DNA of 63,951 nucleotides, filler included, from Planctomycetota bacterium (GTDB lineage Bacteria; Planctomycetota; Planctomycetia; JALXBF01), in assembly GCA_026991575.1 (NCBI GenBank). It is 4 parts of 4 records of this genome, joined end to end, with 100 filler letters (N's around TTAATTAATTAA, not from the genome) between each part and the next. Parts side by side here need not be neighbours in the genome. Positions count along the whole stretch, not along the records: positions 1 to 20,199 come from JALXBF010000075.1; 3 more parts are not named here. One strand, 5' to 3'. How positions within the stretch are numbered: position 1 is the stretch's first letter; each line of letters starts with the position of its first letter. The position numbers and the translations under genes were made by a program. Positions 1 to 10,194 of this stretch are shown here, piece by piece. Below the pieces are notes generated by a model, which saw only the letters and a list, made by a program, of their open reading frames with translations, ran no database searches and was not told the DNA's origin.

Positions 1-60
1 CTCCCGCCCGATGCCCCGTCTGCCCGCCGTGGTCGAACTCCCCCGTACCGGAGGTAGGCC

Positions 61-2439
61 ATGCCCGTCACCACCGTCCTCGTCAGTTGCCTGTTGCTTG
101 CGGCCGCCCCCGACCGGCCGGCCCGGCCCGGTGAATGGGGCTACCGGCCCGCCGACGGAACCACCGTCGCCGTCACCCCGCCATCGCTGACCTGGGTCCA
201 CAACCCCAAAGCTGGCCGCTACGAGATCCAGTGGGCGAACAACCCGCAGTTTCGTCAGGCCAGTACAGCGGCTACGCGGTGGTGCGTGTACACACACAAC
301 GAACCGCTGGCCCCTGGCCGCTACTACTGGCGGTATCGCGTCGTGTACGCGGATGGCAAGCGGTCCGCGTGGAGCCGCACGCGGAGTTTCGTCGTCCCAT
401 CGAGCGCGATTTCGTTTCCACAACCGACCATCGACGAGCTCAAACGCCGCATCCCGCGGGCACATCCCCGCCTGTTCTTTACCGCGGACAAACTCAACGA
501 GTGGCGCCGTTGGGCCAACTCGGATGGCCAGGCCGTGATCGCAGCCTTGTGCCGCCAGGCAGATGAGGTTCTGAACCGAGGTCCTACACCCGAACCGACC
601 GTGATGGGCACGATCCGCAATCCGGAAACGCGCGACTACTGGTGGCCCAACCGGGTGCAGACCCTGCGTGCGTGTCTGGAAGCCGAGACGCTTGCCCTCG
701 CCTACCTTTTTACCGGCAGTGAGCGCTATCGCCAGGGGGCTCGCCGCTGGCTGTTGCACCTGGCGTCCTGGGATCCCGACGGCCCAACCAACTTCCGTCT
801 GAATTGCGAAGCGGCAAAGCCGCTGCTGCACCGACTGCCCCGCGTGTATGACTGGGCATATGACACGCTAACTTCGGCAGAGCGCACGCGGGTACAGGCG
901 GTCATGCGGCGTCGGGCGCTGGATGCGTGGCGCAGCGGCGAGGTACGCGAGGGTAACGGCCATTTGAATCGGCCGTACAGCAGTCACGGAAACCGTACGT
1001 GGCACAAGCTGGCCGAATGTGCGGTGGCGACACTGGGCGAGATACCGGAAGCCGAAACGTGGCTCGACTACGCGGTCAACAAGTTCTACGCGGCCTACCC
1101 GGTGTGGAGTGACGACGACGGCGGCTGGCACGAGGGACTCAGCTACTGGGCCGGGTACATGTCGAAGTTCGTATGGTGGGCCGAATTGGCTCAGCTGTCC
1201 CTGGGCATCGACTGCTTTCGTAAGCCATACTTCGCAAACGCGGGCGATTACGCGATGTACACTGCTCCCCCCGGCTCTCCCGACATGGGCTTCGGGGACC
1301 TGTCGTATCGACCGCCCCGCAGTTCGTGGTCGTTTGTGCCGTACTTCGCCGCCCGCACCCGGAATCCGTATCTGGCGTGGTGGGCTGACCAGTGGGGCAT
1401 GAAGCTTGAGGCGCGCGAGCCATTGCTGGCGATCCTGTGGGCCAGGTTGCAGCCAATCAAACCAGAACCACCCGATCGCTTACCACCGTCAAAGGTATTC
1501 CACGGCACGGGTATCGCCGTGTTGAATCGAACCTTGCGCGACGCGTGCGAAAACATCCAGATTCGCTTCAAGTCCAGCCCGATGGGGCGGCAGAGTCATG
1601 GGCACGATCCGCATAACTCGTTCACTTTGAATGCTTACGGCGACCAACTGCTGGTCAACTGCGTGTACCGCGACTGGCATGGCAGTCCGTTCCATACGAG
1701 GTGGTGCTGGAGCACCCGCGCGCAGAACGCGCTGCTGGTAAACGGCAAAGGGCAGAAGCCACATAGCCCGGACCCATTGGGCCGCATCGTTGCAGCCCGT
1801 TTCGAGCCAGGCTTGCATTACGTGGCAGGTGAAGCAGCCGCCGCTTACGGCGGCATCCTGGAACGGTTCACGCGGCACGTCCTTCTGATTGAACCGGACC
1901 TGGTCGTGCTGGTCGACGATCTTGTGGCGCGTGAACCAAGCACATACCAATGGATGTTCCACTCCCTGAGTCGTTTCACGCTGTCAGACCACCAGGACAC
2001 GGTGACACTGAGTCGGCGGCGGGCTCGGATGGTGATGACGTTCAGCTGGCCCGACGGACTGGCAACGCGGCAGTGGAGCGGCTACGACCCGGCACCGGAC
2101 GTGAAGTTCATGCGCGGCCGAACGTTCCCGACGCAGTGGCATCTGGAATTGGCCAGCGGCCGACCGGTCCGAGCCGGAGTGTTTGTGGCCGCCATGCGGA
2201 TCAGCCGAAAGGACGAACCGGTTACCCCTGCGGGAGTCGACCGAACCGGGGATCAGATCCTCGTCACGGTCCCGGGTGAAGCGGCCGGCGTGAGGCGCCG
2301 CATTGAGATTCGGCGCGCCGACGGCCAGGGGGCTCCCGGACCGGTGAGCATTGTTGCCCATCAAGCTGGACGGCGAACGGAGCTCGGGCCACTGCAGGCT
2401 GACACGAGCAGCCCGGATCGGGGCCCGTCTAAGCGGTAG
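61..2439 (+). CDS. Heparinase II/III-like polysaccharide lyase (DUF4962 + Hepar_II_III; oligo-alginate lyase-like), secreted
   Basis: GGAGG RBS; signal peptide; FN3-like N-terminus (PGRYYWRYRV); GGWHEGLSYW and SHGHDPHNSF motifs; C-terminal RHVLLIEPDLVVLVDDL typical of Hepar_II_III. Confidence 0.8.
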   Translation: MPVTTVLVSCLLLAAAPDRPARPGEWGYRPADGTTVAVTPPSLTWVHNPKAGRYEIQWANNPQFRQASTAATRWCVYTHNEPLAPGRYYWRYRVVYADGKRSAWSRTRSFVVPSSAISFPQPTIDELKRRIPRAHPRLFFTADKLNEWRRWANSDGQAVIAALCRQADEVLNRGPTPEPTVMGTIRNPETRDYWWPNRVQTLRACLEAETLALAYLFTGSERYRQGARRWLLHLASWDPDGPTNFRLNCEAAKPLLHRLPRVYDWAYDTLTSAERTRVQAVMRRRALDAWRSGEVREGNGHLNRPYSSHGNRTWHKLAECAVATLGEIPEAETWLDYAVNKFYAAYPVWSDDDGGWHEGLSYWAGYMSKFVWWAELAQLSLGIDCFRKPYFANAGDYAMYTAPPGSPDMGFGDLSYRPPRSSWSFVPYFAARTRNPYLAWWADQWGMKLEAREPLLAILWARLQPIKPEPPDRLPPSKVFHGTGIAVLNRTLRDACENIQIRFKSSPMGRQSHGHDPHNSFTLNAYGDQLLVNCVYRDWHGSPFHTRWCWSTRAQNALLVNGKGQKPHSPDPLGRIVAARFEPGLHYVAGEAAAAYGGILERFTRHVLLIEPDLVVLVDDLVAREPSTYQWMFHSLSRFTLSDHQDTVTLSRRRARMVMTFSWPDGLATRQWSGYDPAPDVKFMRGRTFPTQWHLELASGRPVRAGVFVAAMRISRKDEPVTPAGVDRTGDQILVTVPGEAAGVRRRIEIRRADGQGAPGPVSIVAHQAGRRTELGPLQADTSSPDRGPSKR

Positions 2440-2842
2440 TCGAAGAGCGGTCTGCTCAGGCCCCCGGCTCGAAGAACCGCGGGCCAACGACCGCGCTGGT
2501 CGTTGGCCCGCATCAACCGGAATCGCGTAGTGGCCGTCAGTCCGACCCTGCTGCGGGCAGACACGATGGCCGAAGCGATACGGACAGCACACCCAGCGGT
2601 TCAACACGCCGCCGCATGGCATCCCCACGCTTGCGTTTCCGCGGACTCGCACCACTGCGGTCTGCGTGGTGTGTTTTCTCGCACGCGGGCCGGATGCTGG
2701 TTCGGGCTGACGGCCAGTGAACCGGACAGCGTATGCCATGCTGCGCGAAGCGCACGCACTGGTTTAGGCCTAACAACCAACATGCGCCAAGGCCCACTGG
2801 TAAGCGAACCCGCTGATACCGCTCGACCGTTCTTTCCGGGCT

Positions 2843-4480
2843 TCACCGGAAGGTACAGACCCCTGAGGTAAGAGATAAACGAGCCGGGCGCCGTGCGATC
2901 GGCTTGGCCCGTTGGTCAGCCGAAGGCTGCTGTGGCACAGTCTCAAACACCGGTTCTCGGCCCTGCCGCGGCGCTACCGGCTGTCCCCAATGCACGAATG
3001 GGTTGGGCTCAATCCGCGTGCTTCTCGTGTCCGATCGATCCAGCAGCGGGCCGTTGTGTCCGGGGCCGCCGCCCCACATGGGCCATCCGTGGGCTGTCGC
3101 GTCTTGAGCATCCAAGCACCACAGGCAACCGTCACTCGTACCGATATAGACTCGGCCGTTGTGGATGGCTGGCTGGAACTCGATCGACACCTGCGGCAGC
3201 TGTACGGCCCACTTCACCGTGCCACGTGCGGCGTCAATGGCCAACACGGTGCCGTCGATGGTTGCTGTGTACACGCAGTTCCCGGCCACCGCCACAGGCG
3301 TCAGGGTCTGGTAGTCGACACTCGTATCGAACAGCTCCAGTTCCCACGCCGTTTCACGCGTCGCGCGAGACTGCGCCCGGACCACGCCCCCGATCGCCGT
3401 GTAAATGCGGCCGTGAGCCACGACAGGCCGGGAGCCCTGATAGCCCCACGCCCCTCCGACGGTTGCGGCTCGGTAGCCGAGGTGTAACCTGGCCCTGTCG
3501 AGTTTGGCCGTGACTGGGGCAAAAGCATGCCCGACGTGCGCGTCGTCCATAGCCAGTCGTCTGGCCCATGACGCGGCGGTCTTACTTCTAGGCCGGGCAC
3601 TCAGGTACTGCGCGACCCGGCGGTACATGTCCTCGCGCACGAATCCCTTTGACGCCCATCGGCGCGCTTCCACGCACTCGAAAACCTCTTCGGCCACCTC
3701 TTCCTCCTTGTAGGCCTTAGCCACGGCTGCAGCCACCGCCTGTTGCGCGCGGCGCCTGCGCGTGGCCCGCGACCGCACGTCGGCCCGTTTGCTATAGAAG
3801 AGCTCGCCATCATCCACCCACGGGGCTGACGTGGCACGCGCTTCGCGGTCAACAGAGCGAACCTCACCGGAGCTTGCGTCGACCTCAACGATGTCACCAT
3901 TCATCAGGGCGGCATAGATCGTGTCACCCACGGCGACCGGTGCAGAGATCACGTCCATGGCAATCTCGGTGTGCCAGCGCGGTTGCCCGGTGGAGAGACT
4001 GAAAGCAGCCATCTGGTGCTGACCGTGGCGCGCCGGATACACCATCACGACCAAAGGTTCCCCATGGACCAGGACTACTGCCGGCTGACTCATCAACGGA
4101 TCGCCCAGCCAGCGATGCCACCGCTCCTTCCCGGTCGCCACTTCGCAGACCAGCAGCGTGCACGATTCGGTGTTGAACGCCACCAGGCCTTCATAGACCA
4201 CTGCCGCCGTGGGCCCGTCGTCCTTCGTGCGAATACGCCAGGCCAACTCACCACTCTCCGCGTCAAACGCATAGAACTCGTACGAACCGAAGCCTCCTCC
4301 CAACAGCACGCGACCGTCCGCGACAGCCGGTGTCGCCAGACGCCGCCGTCCTGAAATGCGAACCATCCACCCCGTTCGCCCTTGATTAGTCTCGAAATGG
4401 ACCGGTTCGAACCGTCCGGCCCCCGATTCAGTTGGACGCACAGACGGAACGATCTCGCAATCAAACTTGACCTTTGACAT
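2843..4480 (-). CDS. PQQ-binding-like beta-propeller repeat protein (paralog 1)
   Basis: Repeated AFDAESGELAW / AIDAARGTVKW blade motifs; start moved to ATG 4480 behind a GGAGG RBS; no signal peptide. Confidence 0.8.
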   Translation of the reverse strand: MSKVKFDCEIVPSVRPTESGAGRFEPVHFETNQGRTGWMVRISGRRRLATPAVADGRVLLGGGFGSYEFYAFDAESGELAWRIRTKDDGPTAAVVYEGLVAFNTESCTLLVCEVATGKERWHRWLGDPLMSQPAVVLVHGEPLVVMVYPARHGQHQMAAFSLSTGQPRWHTEIAMDVISAPVAVGDTIYAALMNGDIVEVDASSGEVRSVDREARATSAPWVDDGELFYSKRADVRSRATRRRRAQQAVAAAVAKAYKEEEVAEEVFECVEARRWASKGFVREDMYRRVAQYLSARPRSKTAASWARRLAMDDAHVGHAFAPVTAKLDRARLHLGYRAATVGGAWGYQGSRPVVAHGRIYTAIGGVVRAQSRATRETAWELELFDTSVDYQTLTPVAVAGNCVYTATIDGTVLAIDAARGTVKWAVQLPQVSIEFQPAIHNGRVYIGTSDGCLWCLDAQDATAHGWPMWGGGPGHNGPLLDRSDTRSTRIEPNPFVHWGQPVAPRQGREPVFETVPQQPSADQRAKPIARRPARLSLTSGVCTFR

Positions 4481-4928
4481 CGCGCACGCGCCTCCCCCGT
4501 GATCTTCGGTCACCCGCTGGATGTTACGCTGGACGCCTCCACGAACTCAGCGTTGCGGCCCGCAGACAATTCACGTCATGAAGGTCCTCCGGCACGATCA
4601 AGTTCCCGACGAAACAGATCGCGCTGGTGCCGCCGGAATGCTTGGCATGCCCAACGAACCTCCATTTGTTGAACGTGGCGAACAAGCGAAATCTGACAGC
4701 CCACCCACACCTCGGCCGCCCGGAGCCTGTGGGGGCGCGCCGCGGTGGCCACCTCGCCCAGCACGCATGAGCAGATGCGCCCCGCCCACTCGATTTATCC
4801 ATCAGGCAGATCACCCCATCGGCCCGGCCCAAAGAGGCTGCCCCCGGCCACTGAACGTCTCGCGGTCTAGGTTAACCCGTCACGGTCGCGTCCCTGGTTT
4901 CTCAGATGCCAACTCATCAGGGCGCTCT

Positions 4929-5666
4929 TCAGGGCGCTCTACTCGCCCGCCCGCCGGATGCACTCGCCTCTCCAGGGCGTCGCGACCGCCAGACGGCAGT
5001 GAAGGCCGATCCCACGGACAAGAGCAACACAGACCAAGGCTCCGCTGCCGGGGTGCCGGTCACGAGAACCGTGTAGCCCGTTATGACGCCATGGTCTTCG
5101 CGCAACACCTGGAAGTAGTGCTTCCCTGGGCTAAGCGTACCGATGTGCACCACGTGTTCCCCTGCAATAGCGTGCCCCGGACGGATGCCCCCGTACCGAA
5201 AGACGCCGTCTACCCAGAGGAAGATGCCGTTGTCCACGCCGAAGCTGGCGACCACGTCAACCATGCCATAAGGGCCAGCATCCAGCTCGTAGATAATGGC
5301 GGTCTCAGTGTTCACCGGCCAGGTCTGCGGTATGATCATGGGCCCGGACCAGTAGCTGTTCAAGTTGGCCGGGTCTGTGAGCCAGTCGCCTAAGATCGCA
5401 CCTACCGCGGAAAGGTTCGGTTCGTAAGGAACCGGATCAATGCGTATGTCAGTTCCCCGCGAGCTGAACAGAGGGTACTGGAACATTGGAAGCGTTCGGG
5501 TGGGATCGAACGGATGTGGAATCGGGTTCGTCCCATCCAACAACGTTCCCAGCGAGTCGTTGTAGTAGCCGGGCGTCAGGTCGTCGATGAGCGTCACGGT
5601 ACCGGCCCGGGCCCCTGCCACCAGAATGGTCCCAGCTATGAAGCTGATCACGACAGCGCGCTTCAT
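4929..5666 (-). CDS. Secreted protein with PEP-CTERM-like sorting signal (AEP variant)
   Basis: N-terminal signal peptide (ARA/GTV); beta-sandwich-like core (VDNGIFLWVDG); C-terminal AAEPWSVLLLSVGSAFTAVWRSRR = motif + TM + basic cluster. Confidence 0.7.
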   Translation of the reverse strand: MKRAVVISFIAGTILVAGARAGTVTLIDDLTPGYYNDSLGTLLDGTNPIPHPFDPTRTLPMFQYPLFSSRGTDIRIDPVPYEPNLSAVGAILGDWLTDPANLNSYWSGPMIIPQTWPVNTETAIIYELDAGPYGMVDVVASFGVDNGIFLWVDGVFRYGGIRPGHAIAGEHVVHIGTLSPGKHYFQVLREDHGVITGYTVLVTGTPAAEPWSVLLLSVGSAFTAVWRSRRPGEASASGGRASRAP

Positions 5667-6211
5667 GGTCTTCCCCCCGATGCCATGCCAAGAAATTCCT
5701 ACAAGAGGAACCGGATCCGTTGTCCCGAGGTCCTGGGATCAGATGGGATCGGGATGTGCGGCGCCAGTGCTGGATCGCTGGTTAGGTTGGCAGGCCCGAG
5801 CACCCACGACAGTACCGTATCCACCGCCGCGAAGTCCCTCACCCAGCCGTCCCCATGCCTCGCCAAGCACCGTTGGGCACATCGGAAAAGGCGGTCTTGG
5901 CGCTGGCTACCGGCTCAGCGCGATTTTACGGCACCGAGAGCACCGATTCAAGCAGGCTGCAAAGTTGGGATGCGTTTCACCTCTTGCAGCACACCGGGGC
6001 GTGCTTCGGCGTGGCGTCACGTCATCGGTCGGCCTGCTGCCAGGGATCGCGTTGGTGACCGGCGAAGCGAGAGACGAACTAATCGGACGGCCCACCTCGT
6101 TGAACGGGCGCGCTGCGATGCGCACCGGGGGGGCTTCACGCCCCCCTCCCGCTCGGTTGGTGAATAGCGCCCCGGTGCACCGTTGTGTTCTTTTTTTTCC
6201 CTCCCATTCGC

Positions 6212-6249
6212 AAAAAAACCCGACGCCGCGGGCAACGTCCGCGCGTCGG
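6212..6249 (-). terminator. Probable intrinsic terminator
   Basis: GC stem CCGACG/CGTCGG with inner CGCGG/CCGCG, followed on the minus strand by T7 (A7 at 6212-6218). Confidence 0.45.
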
Positions 6250-7041
6250 CTAGGCGGGATCGCGCTGCGCCCCGGAACCACAGCGAAATCTGCTCGCCCA
6301 CGCCGCCAGCCCCCGGAAATCCCACCACCGGAGCCGTGGGCGGGATCGACCCGCCCGCGGCCCCTGAAAGGGAGAAAAAATCTTTTGGAGATGCGCCCGC
6401 GCTATCCAATCAACCTTGCGGGCGAGGGGCATAAAGCCTCCCGCCCGCCCATTAACGCAAGCTGCCGGGTTGATTCGCTCATCCGTCGGCCGGGTTCCTG
6501 TTCTCCACCTTCCCTCACGAGGACACAGTTGCCTTCGGCTACAGGGTGCAGGCCACACCCTGGCAAGGAGTCCCAGCTCGCTGAACGGGCCCCCTCCGAC
6601 GCGCACGCCGCTGGACAGAAGACGAGTTTACCGCTGGCGCCTTCACCATGCCCACGCGCAACCTCCGCTCAGTGACCGGTAACGGCGTGTGCCTGAGCGA
6701 AGCTATTGGGGTGGCTCCTGGACGGCCGCCGTCCCCACGCAAGCGCGTCCTGAAAAACTGTCGGGTATCCAGTTTCAGCCCTCGAATCGCTCCCGTAGCC
6801 AGAGCGACTCATACTGACCATCAGCTAGCCCGCGAGTTCAAGCCCTGCTAAGAGCCGCATGGCTTTGGACGTTTCGGTACAAGAAAAGGGGCACCGAGCG
6901 TGCGCTCGCCCTGCCCCGTCGTCCAGCAGCAGGCGGCGGGATCCGGGCTCAAACCGCGAGCTCTTGAGCTTGCCACCTCTTCTGCCAGTGCAGGCCGCCC
7001 CGCCCACAGCAGACAGATCGCGTCCGGCTGGATTGCCGCAT

Positions 7042-8487
7042 TTAACGCTTCGAGCGATCTGGCAGTGGGCCGTTATGTCCGGGGCCGCCGCCCCACATGG
7101 GCCATCCATCGGCCGTCGGGTCCTGTGCGTCCAGACAGTAGAGCCATCCGCGAGCGGTGCCGATGTAGATCCGGCCGTCCTGGATCGCCGGCTGGAACTC
7201 AATCCGGGCGGATGGCAACCGCACCGCCCACCTCACCGCCCCACTTGTGGCTTCGAGGGCGAGGACGATACCGTCCACTGTGGCGGTGTACACACAGTCC
7301 CCAGCAACGGCCACGGGAGTCAGCGCGTGATAGTCAATCGTTTCGTCGTAAAGCTCCATCTCCCATAGCGTCTCGCCGGTTGTTCGATCTTGTGCGCGGA
7401 TCACGCCACCAATGGCCGCGTAGACCCGTCCATGCGCAACGACGGGGCGGGATCCCTGGTAGCCCCAGGCCCCGCCGACAGTCGACGCTCGATATCCCAG
7501 GTGTTCCTGGGCCACGTCAAGTTTGGCACTATGTGGGGTCTGGGCGAAGCCTACGTCGGCATCGGCTTTGGCCAATTCGTCCTTCAGCTGAGCCGCCTTG
7601 AGACTCTCAACCTTCCTTCTCAGGTACCGAGCGCGTCGCCGGTAGTAGTCGCGGCGGACGTAATCGCCGTCCTCTCCTGCCCGTATCGCCGTGCACTCTG
7701 CCAGTTCAATCTGCTCCTCCAGGCGCTCGATCGTATCCAGTTCCTGCGTGCTTTGCGGAACCCAGCTTGGCCCGCGCCGTGGCAACGATTCGTCTCGCCT
7801 GCTGTAAAACAGCTCGCCCCCATCGACCCAGGGAGCCGAGGTCGCTCCGGCCTCTTGATCCACCGAGAGGATTGCCCCGGTGGCGGCGTCGATATCGACG
7901 ATGTCTCCATTCATCAAGGAGACGTAAATCTTGTCATCGACGGCGATCGGTGCCGAGATCACATCCAGCGTCAGCTCGGTTTCCCACCGTTTTTCGCCGG
8001 AGTGCAGATCGAATGCGGCCATCTTGTGCGCACCGCCGGTCGGATAGACCATCACCACGTAAGGCCGGTGCTCGATCAACACCACGGCTGGCTGGCTCAT
8101 CAGCGGATCGCCCAGCCACCGATGCCATCGTTCCTGGCCGGTCGCAGCGTCGCACACAATGAGCGTGCACGACTCTGTGTTGAAGGCCACGAGACCGTCG
8201 TAGACAACCGCCGCGGTCGGGCCATCGTCGTTTGTGTGGATCTGCCACAGTTTCTCGCCTGTTTCGGCGTCAAATGCATAGAAGTCGTACGAGCCAAAAC
8301 CCCCTCCTAACAGGACGCGGCCCGTCGCAATCGCGGGTGTCGCCAGGCGGTGCCAGCCCGGAATACGCACCGCCCACCCTTTGCGTCCCGCGTCGGTCCT
8401 AAAGTGGATCGGCTTCAATGGTTCGGCCTCGATTCGGACCTTAGCCTTCAGTAGTACGGTTTCGCAGTCAAACTTCGTCTCTGCCAT
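7042..8487 (-). CDS. PQQ-binding-like beta-propeller repeat protein (paralog 2)
   Basis: GGAGG RBS; shares GGGFGSY, DDGPTAAVV, FNTESC, WLGDPLMSQPA, WGYQGSRP and WPMWGGGPGHNG blocks with 2843-4480. Confidence 0.85.
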   Translation of the reverse strand: MAETKFDCETVLLKAKVRIEAEPLKPIHFRTDAGRKGWAVRIPGWHRLATPAIATGRVLLGGGFGSYDFYAFDAETGEKLWQIHTNDDGPTAAVVYDGLVAFNTESCTLIVCDAATGQERWHRWLGDPLMSQPAVVLIEHRPYVVMVYPTGGAHKMAAFDLHSGEKRWETELTLDVISAPIAVDDKIYVSLMNGDIVDIDAATGAILSVDQEAGATSAPWVDGGELFYSRRDESLPRRGPSWVPQSTQELDTIERLEEQIELAECTAIRAGEDGDYVRRDYYRRRARYLRRKVESLKAAQLKDELAKADADVGFAQTPHSAKLDVAQEHLGYRASTVGGAWGYQGSRPVVAHGRVYAAIGGVIRAQDRTTGETLWEMELYDETIDYHALTPVAVAGDCVYTATVDGIVLALEATSGAVRWAVRLPSARIEFQPAIQDGRIYIGTARGWLYCLDAQDPTADGWPMWGGGPGHNGPLPDRSKR

Positions 8488-8746
8488 CGCAACAACCTCC
8501 CGGGATCTGTTCTCATGTGCACTCCACGATGCTCACCTGCTGTCGAACGAGGCCGAGAGATTCAGTCCCACTACCTCGTTCGCTGCCCTCACCCGCGGAT
8601 GTCTGCCGGGCTGGTGAGGTGGCGGACACCTTACTTACGGGCAAGCGGGCAAACCCTGACACCGGCGCACGCGATTGGGAACGATCACCGTTTCGTTGTG
8701 ATGGGAAATCAGTCACTGCGTGGCGAACGTGTCACCGCCCGCGGTG

Positions 8747-9709
8747 TCACCGGCCCGTGACCCGGGAAGCTAGCGACGTGAAGTATTGCTCATAAACTGA
8801 TCGGTCGAAGAGCCCGGGCAAAGGACTGTGCGCCGCCGCCGATCCGGCGGCAATGCCCGAGGCGAAGGCCTCAGGTAACGTATGCCCGGCACGGAGCGAG
8901 TGCAGGACACCCGCCAGGAAAGCGTCACCACACCCGACGGTGCGGGCAGCCGGGACCTCCGGCGGAGTCGCGGACCAGAAGCATCCGCGCCATGCCAGCC
9001 ACGCCGGCCAATGGCCGTCGGTGACGATGATCCAGTCGACCTCACCGTACCGTCTGGCCGCTTCTCTGATCAGTTCACCTGCTTCGGCGTCGCCCCAGCC
9101 CAGGGCGGAGGCAAGCTCGCCGCGGTTGACCTTAACGCCCCAGGGCATCTCCTCCAGCAGTCGCCCCAGTAACGCTCCGCTGGCGTCCACCGCCAATCGG
9201 GCTCGGTGCCGACGAGCAATGTCGACCAGCTCAGCGACCTGGTCCGGTGAGATCCCGGGAGGCGCACTGCCGCACAGTGCGACCAGGCCGTCCGGCGGAA
9301 CGAGTGTACGGAACAGGTTGACGAAACCGTTCCACGCATCTGCTGACACCTCCGGCCCGGGTCCGATCGTGTGTAGCTCATCGGGCAACGCGGGATCGTA
9401 GATGGTCACGTTGACCCTTGGCGAACCGGGCACCAGGTACCATCGGCCCGCTAGTCCAGCCCGGTCCATCGCCTGGAGGAATTCGCGATGTGTTGCCCGG
9501 CCGAGGAGGCCTGTAGACATCGAACGGTCGCCGAGCAACTGTAGTGCGCGCGCGACGTTTATGCCTTTGCCACCAGGCATCAGCCGGGCTTCCTGCACTC
9601 GGGCCAGCGACTTCTGACGCCAGCCCGGGACGGCATGGAGCACTTCCCATGAAGGATTCAGCGTGATGCACAGCACCGGGCAATCGACTCGAAGTCTTTC
9701 CTTCTTCAT
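8747..9709 (-). CDS. 1-phosphofructokinase-family hexose kinase (PfkB)
   Basis: ITLNPS, PGGKGINVARAL, KVNRGEL and TVGCGDAFLAG PfkB signatures; start taken at MKKERL. Confidence 0.85.
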   Translation of the reverse strand: MKKERLRVDCPVLCITLNPSWEVLHAVPGWRQKSLARVQEARLMPGGKGINVARALQLLGDRSMSTGLLGRATHREFLQAMDRAGLAGRWYLVPGSPRVNVTIYDPALPDELHTIGPGPEVSADAWNGFVNLFRTLVPPDGLVALCGSAPPGISPDQVAELVDIARRHRARLAVDASGALLGRLLEEMPWGVKVNRGELASALGWGDAEAGELIREAARRYGEVDWIIVTDGHWPAWLAWRGCFWSATPPEVPAARTVGCGDAFLAGVLHSLRAGHTLPEAFASGIAAGSAAAHSPLPGLFDRSVYEQYFTSLASRVTGR

Positions 9710-9940
9710 CGCACGCTTGGGGACACTAACGCATGCTGGTCCGGTGCCGTATCCAACGGGCACCGCGCCGTCTCACCATGAATCATCAATCCAGATAGTA
9801 CAGGGGCCGAGTCGCCGTCGGCACAGCGTGTAGCTCAGCAGGTGTTCGGACGAACCGGACGCTGCGGCCGCTTCCGGCGACAGCGAATTTGAAGTACCAG
9901 GTCCGACTCGGGTTTTGGCAGCGCCGGCGGAACCAGCTCT

Positions 9941-9969
9941 CACGACAGAAACACAGAGAGCACAGAGAC
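9941..9969 (+). repeat. Short ~9-bp tandem repeat (ACAGAAAC/ACAGAGAGC/ACAGAGAC)
   Basis: cacgacagaaacacagagagcacagagac in intergenic DNA. Confidence 0.5.
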
Positions 9970-10194
9970 GCGGCCAGAGAAGGCCGCGGAGCAAAAGAGG
10001 CCAGCAAGGCCATTGGGACGGACCAACCGGTTCCGTCAAGGCGGTAGCACGAGTACGTCTGCTGAGCGTTACGCGAGGCGCACGCAAACCCAGTCCGAAG
10101 TTCTGTATCCTTCAGTGGATTACTCGTTGCCTGTTGCGCACCTACGACTGCAAGGGGTAGGTCCCGAACTGCAACCGAGCCGGAAGCTCAGGTC

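Noticed and set aside
9786..10013. Cys-containing small ORF (LCSLCFC)
   Set aside because: The Cys residues come from the antisense of the CACAGAGA repeat; no RBS or signal peptide.
10040..10051. GGCGGTAG ops-like element upstream of the Ig/GT39 cluster
   Set aside because: An 8-mer expected several times by chance in 64 kb of GC-rich DNA; no JUMPstart context.
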